IMG/VR virus record: IMGVR_UViG_3300031851_003771
Reading direction: 5' to 3' (one strand)
DNA: 59,635 bases
Origin: an uncultured virus (IMG/VR IMGVR_UViG_3300031851_003771)
Lineage: Duplodnaviria > Heunggongvirae > Uroviricota > Caudoviricetes
Made by a program: the position numbers and the translations under genes. The notes under the pieces were generated by a model that saw only the letters and a list, made by a program, of their open reading frames with translations, was not told the DNA's origin and made no database searches. Shown here in pieces: positions 9,274 through 19,409 of the stretch; within the stretch, counting starts at the first letter, position 1, and each line of letters opens with the position of its first letter.

Positions 9274-9867
9274 TTATACGGTTGTACCACCAAGACCGAC
9301 TGATATTAGAGGGAATATAGTATCGCTAGGTGCTTGATGTATCGCATTATCGTATTTGATTGTTAAGATAATTTGTACTGGTTCTGACACTGCATAATCA
9401 CCGTCTGAGTAATCAACGTTCTGTAAGAAACAACCTTCAACGTCCCACTGTTCTAATTCTGCATTATTTGAACCGTCTAAGACTTCAATCTTAGTACCGA
9501 ACTTATAATTTGAACCAGCTACAGCTGATGTTTGTTCAAAGTGATTCATTTGTTTCTGAACTTGTTGACCTACAAGTTTAGAAATGTTGTTGTTGATATC
9601 ATCACGTAAAGTAATAGTAACTGCTTCCCAAGTGTGTTTACCTTGCATATATGCAATTGAGTTGTACGAATGAATTGGTACTTCCTCGTGTGACACTTTA
9701 GGTCTTGTTACTGACATTACTTGTTGTGTTAGTTGCAATGGAGATGCGCCTAGGTTACCAAAGTTAGTAAATCTCACTCTAAATCTATATTTTAATTTAG
9801 GTTGTAAGATACCACCTCTACCTGTTGCTCCGTCGATTGGTACACCAAATTTTGAAAGTGTTGCCAT
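9274..9867 (-). CDS. Tail tube protein (gp19-like)
   Basis: 197 aa, directly after the sheath gene; motifs RFRVRF, GKHTWEAVTITLRDD, WDVEGCF, IILTIKYD; SD AGGAG. Confidence 0.9.
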   Translation of the reverse strand: MATLSKFGVPIDGATGRGGILQPKLKYRFRVRFTNFGNLGASPLQLTQQVMSVTRPKVSHEEVPIHSYNSIAYMQGKHTWEAVTITLRDDINNNISKLVGQQVQKQMNHFEQTSAVAGSNYKFGTKIEVLDGSNNAELEQWDVEGCFLQNVDYSDGDYAVSEPVQIILTIKYDNAIHQAPSDTIFPLISVGLGGTTV

Positions 9868-9940
9868 TGTCTACTTCTCCTTATAATTTATTTACTCTTT
9901 ACTGGTTTTTTCTATGTTACAAAAAAATTTGTAAAGGCAA

Positions 9941-9968
9941 TTTAAAGGGATAGTTTCCTATCCCCTTA
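9941..9968 (-). terminator. Hairpin terminator/attenuator between sheath and tube genes
   Basis: GGGATAG-GAAA-CTATCCC followed by TTT on the minus strand. Confidence 0.65.
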
Positions 9969-9971
9969 ATA

Positions 9972-12900
9972 TTAACTCGTTAAACTCTCACCTGTGTTTT
10001 TGATACGAAGTGGAATATATATGAATTCAATTGCTTTTACTGGTTGTATTGCAATATCAATCCATAATTCATTCTTATCAATTCTAGCACCTGTGTTATT
10101 TGTTTCATCACAGACTACAAGGAAGTCATATAATGCTCTTTTAGACATTAAATCTTCCATAAATCTGTTGAATGTATCTACGACTTGATCCCTTGTTATT
10201 CTATCATTTGGTTCAAACAAGAAAGGTTTCGCTAACAAGTCTAATTGATATCTCATATGCACAATTAATCTTGCTACGTTGATTCTATCCAAAGCTGATG
10301 CTGTTGGTTGTAGAGTCTTTTGTCCAAACACAATCAAACCCCTGTTTGGGATAAACGCAATAGGGTTAACCTTGTTTGCGTACATTGTGTCTCTTTGACC
10401 TTCTGATAATGTAACTGCTTGGAATTCACCTTCGCCTGTTATGTAACCTACTGAGGTTGCGTTATTAACTAAACCTCTTGTATAACCTGCTGGTGCAAAC
10501 CAAGGAAATGCAACTTGATCATTAAATGCTAATGTTCTTAAAGCAATGTGTGTTGCCGGAACAGTAACATTGTTACCTGATAAGTCTGATGTAAAGCCTG
10601 ATGGGTAATAAACAGCCGCATATGGCGAAGCTGATAATAAACCATCTTCTCCGTTTGTTGGTGCGTTTGCTGTATTAGTAGCCCAGTTCTGTATAGCTGT
10701 ACCAGAAGCATTTAATCTAAATGGTGTATCACCAAGTACAAAGGCAGTTTGTTTTCTGTCTGTACTTAAAGTAATCATTTCATCTAACAGTTCAGGATAA
10801 CCAGGAGCGGCTATCAAGTTAAAGAATCTTGATTCTGCTCTGATGTCTTCGTTTCCTTGTAAAGCGGCTTGCATCTTTGTAACAATAACTTGACGCTGTG
10901 CCATTCTACCCATATATGGTGAACCGTCTGTTTTTAGACCTGATTCTGTTACCCAAGTGCTACCATTGTTTGTACCATCAAAAGTGTAATTCGTTACATA
11001 TTTTTTAACATTGTAACCACTTAATCTCATATTGAACAATAATATACCTGCTGGGTATACAGATGGATCCGGTGCATCTGAATCAAAGTTTGAGTATGTT
11101 GCTCCCCAATCTTGTGTATCTTCATCTGCTCCACCTGGATTACCTACTGCATCAGCAAATAGTACACCTGCGTCAGTGCCTTGATCAGTGTTGTCTAATA
11201 GTACCCATTTGCTTGTTGCACTATTGTATTTGTAAATTTTCGGATACGAATCTAACGCATCTGAGTCAATCCAAATATCACCATTTTGCAATGCTGACAC
11301 TTCATCTGATTGTACAGTTGGTTCTGCTGAAACCATTTGTAAGTCTCTTAAACCACCTGCGGCAACAGAGCCTGCTGTGAATCTATCTTTTGAGTTAGCA
11401 TAAGCAAACCACTTCATTACACCACCATCATTTTCAGCAATGTAAATGTCAGCTGATTGTGATGAGTTGTACCAAAGTGTTCCGTTTATTGGGTCGGCTT
11501 TTGGAGTTGTTGCTTTTGCTTCGTACGTAGCATCATTCCAAAGTGACTTATAAAAGAATGCAGTTGAACCTGATGATGTATTATCAGTGAATCCAAGATC
11601 TGCTGTGCTTACGCCTTTAACATTCGATGAATCTGCTCCATCGTGAATGTAAACTGCATATCCACCTGCTCTTGTTAATTTTAAATATTGTCTTGCGTTA
11701 CTCACATAATCTTTTGATGCAACAATATTTGCACCTGATACAGTGGTATTGCCATTAATTGCTGTAACAATCTCGTCTAGTGTTACTGGGTTACCAGCGC
11801 CTGCGGCACCAGTTACTGTAATACTTTGACCGTTAACTTCAAAATTAATAGCTGTGTTCGAGCCACCTGTTGCTACACCACTATTAAGTGATGCTGAGCT
11901 ACCTGTTGCTACTGTTTCTACTCCACTACCTCTAATTCTCAAGTTATACATAACTTCCGGAGTGGATGTTGCTCCACCAAAAGTCAATATATCTTGTTTG
12001 CTGTATGCATCACTTGATAACGTCGATGACGTTGCTGTGAAGTTAGCTTTAAGTTCATTAGATATAGTTTCATCAGAGAAGTCATCAAATCTTACATAAA
12101 CATCGTTTGTTGCAAGTGATGATCCTTCTACAGCAGTTGCGGCGTCATCTCTCGAATAAACGTTCGCAGTCAATGAAGACCAACTACCTGTTGCTGAACT
12201 ATAATTTTTAACAACTACGTTTGCACCTTGTCCACCTGGTGATGATTTTAACCAGACGTCGTTGTAGCTACCTGAAGCGGCTACTGTTGGTGCTGTACCG
12301 TTACTTGATCTAATGTAAACGTTTGCTGACGTGGCAGTCACCCAAGTAGGTGATCCAACCACTGACCAAGTACCTGACACTTTTTGATAAAGTGCGGCCG
12401 GTGATGCTGATGCTATTATTACGTAGTCTAAATCTTTACCATAAGTTATAACTGGTTTACCTTGAGAGTCAACGTTTCCGCCTGCCGCTCCTGGTGTTTC
12501 AGTTAAAACTGCTGGTGTTAATTTTTCCCAAGCAGATGAAGTTGTATTTGCTTGAAATAAACCCCAATCTGTAGAAGCAGTGTCTAACCAGTAAGTTCCA
12601 TTAGCTGGTGCTAATTGAGGTACTGTTGATTGAGCTTCTAATTCGTCTAAGTCTACATCTGCTCTGATGACGTAGGCTCTATTTGCAATTCCTAAATATG
12701 AATATGTTGATAGCAAACCGTATTCATTTCTTTCATCACCGTGGATTTGTGTTCCTTGTAATGATTTAAATGATGGTTCGCCAAAGGTAGTAACTAGTTC
12801 TCTTTGCGATGTTACTAGGAACGGTTTCGCGGCGTTGGCTGAAGTTGTACCTATTGCTGTGTTACCTGTGCTTGGATCTGTTTTATCCTGAGCTGAAGCA

Positions 12901-12995
12901 ATTACAACTAATGGTACTGTACCTTGACCTGCCGGAGCGTACATAGATTCATCAACAACTGATACTGATACACCTGGTGATACTAGTGTTGGCAT
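9972..12995 (-). CDS. Contractile tail sheath protein (gp18-like) with large insertion
   Basis: N-terminal LVSPGVSVSVVDES; C-terminal FPWFAPAGYTRG, NKVNPI, GQKTL, DRINVARL, FEPND, IQPVKAIEFIYIP. Confidence 0.96.
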   Translation of the reverse strand: MPTLVSPGVSVSVVDESMYAPAGQGTVPLVVIASAQDKTDPSTGNTAIGTTSANAAKPFLVTSQRELVTTFGEPSFKSLQGTQIHGDERNEYGLLSTYSYLGIANRAYVIRADVDLDELEAQSTVPQLAPANGTYWLDTASTDWGLFQANTTSSAWEKLTPAVLTETPGAAGGNVDSQGKPVITYGKDLDYVIIASASPAALYQKVSGTWSVVGSPTWVTATSANVYIRSSNGTAPTVAASGSYNDVWLKSSPGGQGANVVVKNYSSATGSWSSLTANVYSRDDAATAVEGSSLATNDVYVRFDDFSDETISNELKANFTATSSTLSSDAYSKQDILTFGGATSTPEVMYNLRIRGSGVETVATGSSASLNSGVATGGSNTAINFEVNGQSITVTGAAGAGNPVTLDEIVTAINGNTTVSGANIVASKDYVSNARQYLKLTRAGGYAVYIHDGADSSNVKGVSTADLGFTDNTSSGSTAFFYKSLWNDATYEAKATTPKADPINGTLWYNSSQSADIYIAENDGGVMKWFAYANSKDRFTAGSVAAGGLRDLQMVSAEPTVQSDEVSALQNGDIWIDSDALDSYPKIYKYNSATSKWVLLDNTDQGTDAGVLFADAVGNPGGADEDTQDWGATYSNFDSDAPDPSVYPAGILLFNMRLSGYNVKKYVTNYTFDGTNNGSTWVTESGLKTDGSPYMGRMAQRQVIVTKMQAALQGNEDIRAESRFFNLIAAPGYPELLDEMITLSTDRKQTAFVLGDTPFRLNASGTAIQNWATNTANAPTNGEDGLLSASPYAAVYYPSGFTSDLSGNNVTVPATHIALRTLAFNDQVAFPWFAPAGYTRGLVNNATSVGYITGEGEFQAVTLSEGQRDTMYANKVNPIAFIPNRGLIVFGQKTLQPTASALDRINVARLIVHMRYQLDLLAKPFLFEPNDRITRDQVVDTFNRFMEDLMSKRALYDFLVVCDETNNTGARIDKNELWIDIAIQPVKAIEFIYIPLRIKNTGESLTS

Positions 12996-13118
12996 AATTT
13001 TAATCTCCCTGCATTAACATTAATTTAATGTATAATCCTTATTATATATAATCATATTTAGTAGAATTTGTTAAAAAGGCACCAATAACAATCACCTTTA
13101 AAGGGATTAAATACAAGT

Positions 13119-13493
13119 ATGAATGATATTAACGAACAAAAGCACATAAGACCACTGTGTACGCACTGCAAGACAAGACCACAAGCCTTTAACTATAGAC
13201 GTAAAGGTAAAATCTACTATCGTAGCAAGTGTGACCAATGTATGAAAGAAGGTCTAGGCTTAAAAACGGGCAAGAAACATTCTTGGGAAAAGAGTGGCTA
13301 TAGAAAAAAACACATATGTGAAAAATGTGGTTTTAAATCAAAACACCCTGCACAGATGGACGTTTATCATATCGATGGAAATTTAAAAAACAATAACTTG
13401 CAAAATCTAAAGACAATATGTGCCAACTGTAGTCGTGTTAAGAGCACAGAAGAACTAGGATGGAAACAAGGTGACTTAAAACCTGACTTATAA
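13119..13493 (+). CDS. Zn-binding HNH-like protein (possibly degenerate nuclease)
   Basis: Four CxxC pairs; [23 protein letters not shown] is HNH-like but lacks the usual terminal His. Confidence 0.75.
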   Translation: MNDINEQKHIRPLCTHCKTRPQAFNYRRKGKIYYRSKCDQCMKEGLGLKTGKKHSWEKSGYRKKHICEKCGFKSKHPAQMDVYHIDGNLKNNNLQNLKTICANCSRVKSTEELGWKQGDLKPDL

Positions 13494-13913
13494 TTTAACG
13501 TCAATGCCCATTGATCTGGCCTGACCCGCAACAATTTTAACAGCACCTTCTAAATCTAATGCATTTAAATCTTCCATTTTTTCTTTTGCAATGCTTTCAA
13601 TTTGAGCTCTAGTTATTGTTGCTATTCTACTCCTACCTGGAGTCTTTCCACCTTTTTTTAATTTTAGTGCTTGTCTAATTAAAAATGATGTGGGTGGCTT
13701 TTTACATACGAAATCAAAAGACTTGTCTTTATAAACTGTAATCACTACAGGTATAATCTTACCCATATCGTTTTTAGTTTTTTCGTTGAACCTTTTACAA
13801 AAGTCCATTATGTTAACACCTTTTTGACCCAATGCTGGACCAACTGGTGGAGCGGGATTTGCCTTGCCGGCTTCTATTTGTAACTTTATTAAACCTACAA
13901 CTTCTTTTGCCAT
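13488..13913 (-). CDS. rplK: 50S ribosomal protein uL11 (phage-encoded)
   Basis: Full-length 141 aa with hallmark L11 motifs [68 protein letters not shown] upstream. Confidence 0.97.
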   Translation of the reverse strand: MAKEVVGLIKLQIEAGKANPAPPVGPALGQKGVNIMDFCKRFNEKTKNDMGKIIPVVITVYKDKSFDFVCKKPPTSFLIRQALKLKKGGKTPGRSRIATITRAQIESIAKEKMEDLNALDLEGAVKIVAGQARSMGIDVKL

Positions 13914-13925
13914 AAACTCCTTTGG

Positions 13926-14552
13926 TTAGGGCTTTATTTTTTTTACTATATCTTGTACTGTTTTTTCTAACTCTTCGATGGTACCGTTATTTTCAACAGT
14001 GTAATCTACTCTCATATTTACCCAATCCCATTCGCTAGAATGTACTCCCATATCGTGTAAAGTATTCTGTGAAAACACATCACCATCTGCGGCCAATTCT
14101 GCTGTACCATACCAGTGTGGTTCTGGACCTCGTTTGACTCTAATTGCCACACCACCCATAGTCTTGATTAAACCTAGTTCATTTTTAAATCTACAATCAG
14201 AAACTACAGTGGGCTTACGTCCACTGGCCATATACCTATTCTCTAAACTGTGAAGCCATATGCTAGGGTTAAAGTTTTCTCTAAAGAGCTCTGTGCCAAC
14301 TACCTGTAAGGCATAACGTGGAGTAAATCTTTTATTCTGTAATTTTTGACTCCAATAGCCATCGACTGTTTCTCTAAAAACACGACTCTGTTCAGTGTCG
14401 CCTTCGAGCATCTCACGTGGCCAGCCAAATATATCACTAACTGCATCTTTTAATGGTGACGCAAAAGAGTCTTGTGCAAAGCCTTGTTTTACAAATTGTT
14501 CTGCTACTGTGTTTTTACCGGATCCTATGAATCCTACAAGTCCAATGATCAT
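13926..14552 (-). CDS. Deoxynucleoside monophosphate kinase (T4 gp1-like)
   Basis: P-loop GFIGSGKNT, SFASPLKD, TPRYALQVVGTE, SDCRFKNE, HSSEW. Confidence 0.93.
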   Translation of the reverse strand: MIIGLVGFIGSGKNTVAEQFVKQGFAQDSFASPLKDAVSDIFGWPREMLEGDTEQSRVFRETVDGYWSQKLQNKRFTPRYALQVVGTELFRENFNPSIWLHSLENRYMASGRKPTVVSDCRFKNELGLIKTMGGVAIRVKRGPEPHWYGTAELAADGDVFSQNTLHDMGVHSSEWDWVNMRVDYTVENNGTIEELEKTVQDIVKKIKP

Positions 14553-14558
14553 ATTATT

Positions 14559-14587
14559 ATATTACTTGAATAAAGAGGTTTAGTCAA
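14559..14587 (-). promoter_or_regulatory. sigma70-type promoter for dNMP kinase-rplK
   Basis: TTGACT-17 nt-TAATAT, 6 nt upstream of the kinase ATG. Confidence 0.7.
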
Positions 14588-14599
14588 CCAATTTCTAAA

Positions 14600-15346
14600 T
14601 TATCCAATGACAAAAGTCAATGGATCTTCGCCTGTACCGTATGTGTCTATTTCTCTTTCAAGTCTTTCTATTGTGGCTTGGGCTTCGGCTTTTAGAGCAT
14701 CACCATTTAATGATACTGATCCTTGAGCACCTGGTAAACTTGAATATTTTGATCTTGCTTCACCCAACATCATTTTACACTGTGCGAGTGCATAATCTCT
14801 TATCCAGGGTCTGCTGTATCTTTGTGTTATCAATGTATCAGCTGTTCTTTCCATATAGACTTGTAACAGAACAGTTTCTTCAGCTCTAGGTCTTCTCATT
14901 AAAATTAACTTATTTGATTCGGTGTGATATTTAAAATTTAGATATCCACCAAATAATCTACGTACAACTTCTTGGTACTGTGCAAATGCGTCCCAAGTCA
15001 TTAGTCCACCAATTCTACCACCTTGTAAAAAATAAAGGTTAGTGTATGCTAGTTCAAATGGATCTAGATCAATACTGTTATTTGAACCTGCTACACTTCT
15101 TCTAAATATTTCTCTTACTTCGATCACTTCTTTTGGTAAAGTGTATTCGTTAGTATCTGCTAATATCTTAAGATATATGTAGGATTCCTCAGTTGAATTA
15201 GAACTTCTTTGTCTGAATCTATCTACTGCAAGATCAATACCTTGTTCGTAGTGTTTAGGATCTAGTTCAACGTCAACCATACCATCACCAAGGATAGTAC
15301 GCATTTCAGTGATTAATTCCTGTCTTTTTGTTTGCTGTGTTGCCAT
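14600..15346 (-). CDS. Neck protein (gp13-like head-tail adaptor)
   Basis: LGDGMVDVELD, WIRDYALAQCKMMLGEARSKY..LPG..SLNGDALK pattern; divergent from gp14/gp15. Confidence 0.85.
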   Translation of the reverse strand: MATQQTKRQELITEMRTILGDGMVDVELDPKHYEQGIDLAVDRFRQRSSNSTEESYIYLKILADTNEYTLPKEVIEVREIFRRSVAGSNNSIDLDPFELAYTNLYFLQGGRIGGLMTWDAFAQYQEVVRRLFGGYLNFKYHTESNKLILMRRPRAEETVLLQVYMERTADTLITQRYSRPWIRDYALAQCKMMLGEARSKYSSLPGAQGSVSLNGDALKAEAQATIERLEREIDTYGTGEDPLTFVIG

Positions 15347-15412
15347 CTTACTAGTATTTAGTAAAGGCGCACTCTTTTCAATAAATACTTTAAAGCACTG
15401 TAAAGGAATAAT

Positions 15413-16663
15413 ATGCCAAGACTCAGTTTATGGAAACCAAATAAGGGTAATGATTATAATTTCGCTGATCGTACGATTAAAGAACACTTCTACGTGGGTG
15501 GTACGGGCGTCTTTTTACACAAATATATAGGTCCGCATACACAAACTAATAGTGATAGTAGTGATCAACCTACTAACAGTATAACTAGTGAATTAAATGT
15601 ACAAGACGTATTATTTGGCGAAAACAGAGATAGAAAATATGATTCAGATGTATTTGATTTACGTGGTGTATACAGTGTACAAGATCAGGATTTTGATCTA
15701 ACACAGTTTGGATTGTTCCAAACTAATGACACAATATTCATAACTTTTCATATAGGCGATATGATGGAAAGACTTGGTAGAAAAATTATACCAGGAGATG
15801 TTTTTGAATTACCACATCAAAATGATGATACAAGAATTGAATCTGCTAGTATCACATTATCAGCTAAACCTTCCAAGAAATTTCGAAAAGGTGAAACTAT
15901 AACAGGTGGTACTTCTGGTGTGACTGCAACAGTAGTAAGTTATAATCACGAAGCTAAAACAATTAGAATAACTCCTATCGCAGGAGACTTTGCACAAAAT
16001 GAAACTGTAACAGGTGACAAAAGTAGTGCGAGTGCAACCGTGACAAGTTTTACTCCAAAAGAAAATTTAACAATTAATAAATTTTATGTTGTCGAAGATG
16101 CCTCTAGAGGTCAAGAAGGATATGATCCAGGTTGGTGGCCACACATATGGAGATGCAAAGCAGTGGCTATGCAAGACACACAAGAATTTAGAGATATATT
16201 GGGTAGCGGTGAAGAAGCAGATGATCTTAAAAATATTATTTCAACTTATCAATCTGAGATTGATATAAATGATGCTGTAATAAACGAAGCAACTAAAAAC
16301 GTTCCTACAAAAGGAATGGATGTTGGACATCTATATACCAATGAAGTTGACTCACACAAAATTTTACCAAAAAACCAAGATGGTAAACCAGGAAAAGGAT
16401 TAACAATCACACATACTGGAACTTCATTTCCACCAAGTATACAAGAAGGACAATACGTTCTGCGTGTTGATTATGCTCCTAGTAGATTGTTTAGAAAAGA
16501 AGGAAACAGATATATCAAAGTTTCAGAAAACTTTAGAGGAACTTATGTAAGTTCAAACACAGGTCTAGACGGATTTATCAATAATGAGTCAAGCTCAAAC
16601 GTAACAGCTGACAATAAAGAAAGACAATATTTAAGTAAGGTTATAAAACCTAAGGCGGATTAA
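15413..16663 (+). CDS. Neck protein (gp14-like) with internal beta-rich insertion
   Basis: QDVLFGENRDRKY, DLTQFGLF, GDVFELPH, WWPHIWRCK motifs; synteny with gp13/gp15. Confidence 0.75.
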   Translation: MPRLSLWKPNKGNDYNFADRTIKEHFYVGGTGVFLHKYIGPHTQTNSDSSDQPTNSITSELNVQDVLFGENRDRKYDSDVFDLRGVYSVQDQDFDLTQFGLFQTNDTIFITFHIGDMMERLGRKIIPGDVFELPHQNDDTRIESASITLSAKPSKKFRKGETITGGTSGVTATVVSYNHEAKTIRITPIAGDFAQNETVTGDKSSASATVTSFTPKENLTINKFYVVEDASRGQEGYDPGWWPHIWRCKAVAMQDTQEFRDILGSGEEADDLKNIISTYQSEIDINDAVINEATKNVPTKGMDVGHLYTNEVDSHKILPKNQDGKPGKGLTITHTGTSFPPSIQEGQYVLRVDYAPSRLFRKEGNRYIKVSENFRGTYVSSNTGLDGFINNESSSNVTADNKERQYLSKVIKPKAD

Positions 16664-16664
16664 T

Positions 16665-18029
16665 ATGCAATACTGGTATGATCAACAAATAAGAAGATAT
16701 ATTTTACAGTTCATAAGACTGTTTGATTCTTTTCAAATTAAAACGGGTACAAAGAGTACATCAGACTCAGAGAGCTACATTAGGGTGCCTGTAAGGTACG
16801 CAGATATGTCAAGAATGGTTGCACATATACTCAGACACAGCTCAGAAAATGTGATGAATTCTGCACCGTTTATTAGTGCTTATATTACAAATTTACAAAT
16901 AGCAAGAGACAGATTACAAGAACCAAGGTTGGTTGATAAAGTTCAGGTTGCGGAAAGAAAATATGATAATTCTGCAAAAGAATACATCTCTGAAATAGGA
17001 AATACATACACTGTTGAACGTCATATGCCAGTTCCTTATAATTTAAATATGGCTGTTGATATATGGTGTTCTAACACAGATCAAAAAATGCAACTAATGG
17101 AACAAATATTAGTGTTATTCAATCCTGCAATAGAACTACAGGCAAACGACAATCCTTTAGACTGGACCAATATCACAAACGTAGAATTAATTGATATTGT
17201 ATGGAGTTCTAGAGCTATGCCACAGGGTGTTGACACACAGCTGGACATTGCGACATTAACTTTTTCTATGCCAATATGGTTAAATCCTCCGGCTAAAGTT
17301 AAAAAGCAATCAATAATTAAACAAATTATTGCAAGAGTCAATAGCACAGATTCAATCGACGACTTAGACTATGATCCAAGATTTATGGATTTCTTTGAAA
17401 ACTTTTCAGGGCAAATAGGCACCATAGTTGTTACTCCTGAGAATGCACAAATTAGTGTAATCGGAAACAATGTGAGTTTGCTAGGTGCATATGGTAAAAA
17501 CGATTCAGAAAAATGGAAAGAGTACCTAGAAGGTTTTGGTGAACTACAACCTGGTATCAGTAAATTGATACTAAGACAGTCTGCAGACATAGAAGACTCA
17601 TCAAATGATGTGTTTGGTACTTTAGCTTTCCATCCATCTGATTCCAATCAACTTGTCTTTACACTCGATAGTGCTTCTTTGCCATCTAATACTTTAACAG
17701 CAGTAACTAAAATTATTGATCCAGAAATAGTTTATCCTGGAAACACTTTACCGGCCGCAACTAGTGGCCAAAGATACTTGTTAGTGAATCCAATACCAGT
17801 TGGAAATGCTTCTTTCGGTAGTACATTTACTGCTGAAGCTAATGACATTATCGAATACGACGGCACTAATTGGAGTATATCTTTTGACAGTAGCAGTGTT
17901 GTATCAACGCAATATGTAACTAATGCTAATACAGGAACACAATATCGTTGGACAGGAACACAGTGGATTGACAGTTACCAAGGACAATATAAAAATGGTT
18001 TTTGGAAATTAGAACTTGCATCTTCTTAA
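16665..18029 (+). CDS. Tail terminator / sheath stabiliser (gp15-like) with C-terminal extension
   Basis: YWYDQQIRRYILQF, VPVRY, MPVPYNL, QLMEQILVLFNP; Trp-rich C-terminal domain (GQRYLL, NDIIEYDGTNW). Confidence 0.85.
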   Translation: MQYWYDQQIRRYILQFIRLFDSFQIKTGTKSTSDSESYIRVPVRYADMSRMVAHILRHSSENVMNSAPFISAYITNLQIARDRLQEPRLVDKVQVAERKYDNSAKEYISEIGNTYTVERHMPVPYNLNMAVDIWCSNTDQKMQLMEQILVLFNPAIELQANDNPLDWTNITNVELIDIVWSSRAMPQGVDTQLDIATLTFSMPIWLNPPAKVKKQSIIKQIIARVNSTDSIDDLDYDPRFMDFFENFSGQIGTIVVTPENAQISVIGNNVSLLGAYGKNDSEKWKEYLEGFGELQPGISKLILRQSADIEDSSNDVFGTLAFHPSDSNQLVFTLDSASLPSNTLTAVTKIIDPEIVYPGNTLPAATSGQRYLLVNPIPVGNASFGSTFTAEANDIIEYDGTNWSISFDSSSVVSTQYVTNANTGTQYRWTGTQWIDSYQGQYKNGFWKLELASS

Positions 18030-18050
18030 TAAATTTAATACAATAGTAGA

Positions 18051-18485
18051 ATGTATAAAGCAGTCGGAACAACATTTCTGTCCAAAGAGACAGGTAGAAT
18101 ATTATTAAATCTTCGTAGTGGTAAGGTAAAATATCCACATACCTGGAGTTTCTGGGGAGGTAAGATTGAAAAAAATGAAGAAGTGTTAGATGCTTTAAGA
18201 CGTGAATTGAAAGAAGAAATGGGGTTTGTTCCACCTATGCAAAAATTAAATCCTTTAGACACATATACTTCAAAAGATAAAACTTTCATATATTATACAT
18301 TTGTTATACTAACTGATAATGAATTTATTCCTACACTTAATCACGAAAGCTCTGGATATGCTTGGGTTGACATAGCGAAATATCCAAAACCATTACACGA
18401 TGGTGCAAACGTAACATTAACTAATAGAAAAAACATATCAAAACTGAAACAACTGCTACAATCACAGACTACTACTAGTAAATAG
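18051..18485 (+). CDS. NUDIX hydrolase
   Basis: Nudix box GGKIEKNEEVLDALRRELKEEMG. Confidence 0.93.
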   Translation: MYKAVGTTFLSKETGRILLNLRSGKVKYPHTWSFWGGKIEKNEEVLDALRRELKEEMGFVPPMQKLNPLDTYTSKDKTFIYYTFVILTDNEFIPTLNHESSGYAWVDIAKYPKPLHDGANVTLTNRKNISKLKQLLQSQTTTSK

Positions 18486-18490
18486 TTAGT

Positions 18491-19156
18491 ATGAGCAAAG
18501 TATATCACATTAACCAAATGCGAATGATTCGTGATTTAAAAGAGTTCGATCGTAGTGGAAAAATATCCAACTACATAGTAACTTTTTTACTGAAAAATAG
18601 TATTACCAAGAAGAAATTTTATATATTCTGTGAAGGTATGAGTCGGACGGAAATGAAAGAGTACTACGGTATACTTGTTAATGCTTATCAGAAATACTTA
18701 AAGAACAACACAGAACTTGACTTACAATTAAGATATGACATTGAAGATTCATATTACATAACATCAAGTAACCTTCTTACTAAAAACGATATTTACAGCT
18801 TTCCAAATATTATGTCAAAATATAGAGAAGACATAAATCCTGTGAGAGCATTGTATTTTGAAATTGCAGAAATCAATATCAGTTTTAACTTAAAAGACGT
18901 TGATAATGATTATGTAAAAAATCAATTTAAAAATGATATCTGGTTTAAAAAATTAATGACTGACATCGAACACGATATGACTAGTCTTCGAGGTATAGAA
19001 GAAAAGTTTAATTTACTAAAAAAGAACTATCAATTTTTTACTTTTCCAATTAGTTACTATCACACACAAGAAATGATAAAAGATATGCAGAAGTGGTTAA
19101 ATACTTTTACAAAGTTTTATAACAGAGTAAATGGTATTAAATCAAAATATGACTGA
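18491..19156 (+). CDS. Hypothetical protein
   Basis: 221-aa ORF; TAAATA 6 nt upstream of the ATG. Confidence 0.75.
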   Translation: MSKVYHINQMRMIRDLKEFDRSGKISNYIVTFLLKNSITKKKFYIFCEGMSRTEMKEYYGILVNAYQKYLKNNTELDLQLRYDIEDSYYITSSNLLTKNDIYSFPNIMSKYREDINPVRALYFEIAEINISFNLKDVDNDYVKNQFKNDIWFKKLMTDIEHDMTSLRGIEEKFNLLKKNYQFFTFPISYYHTQEMIKDMQKWLNTFTKFYNRVNGIKSKYD

Positions 19157-19403
19157 TGTGTTTCTAATATTATTTTTAATTTCAACTAACATAACTGAAG
19201 CAAAGATATATGGTGTGCCTCAGATGTACAATAAACAAGAAACAAAATATGAACGTTGCTTGTTAAAGAAAATACAAAAAGCTGAAGATAATAACGGTTG
19301 GTTATGCATATATCAAAGACAAAATCGAAAAGAAAAAGATGTTATCGTTAGTCAAGGAAATCATTCCTGTCCTAAAATGATTCAGTGTAAAATAATTAGA
19401 TAA
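19149..19403 (+). CDS. Small hypothetical protein with hydrophobic N-terminus and 4 Cys
   Basis: Start reassigned to ATG 19149, overlapping the upstream gene end; MTDVFLILFLISTN is signal-like; four Cys. Confidence 0.55.
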   Translation: MTDVFLILFLISTNITEAKIYGVPQMYNKQETKYERCLLKKIQKAEDNNGWLCIYQRQNRKEKDVIVSQGNHSCPKMIQCKIIR

Positions 19404-19409
19404 TTTGTA

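Noticed and set aside
13488..13913. rplK as host contamination or a prophage boundary
   Set aside because: No nusG/rplA neighbours; composition matches the phage; it is tightly packed between phage genes. Read-level confirmation is still advisable.
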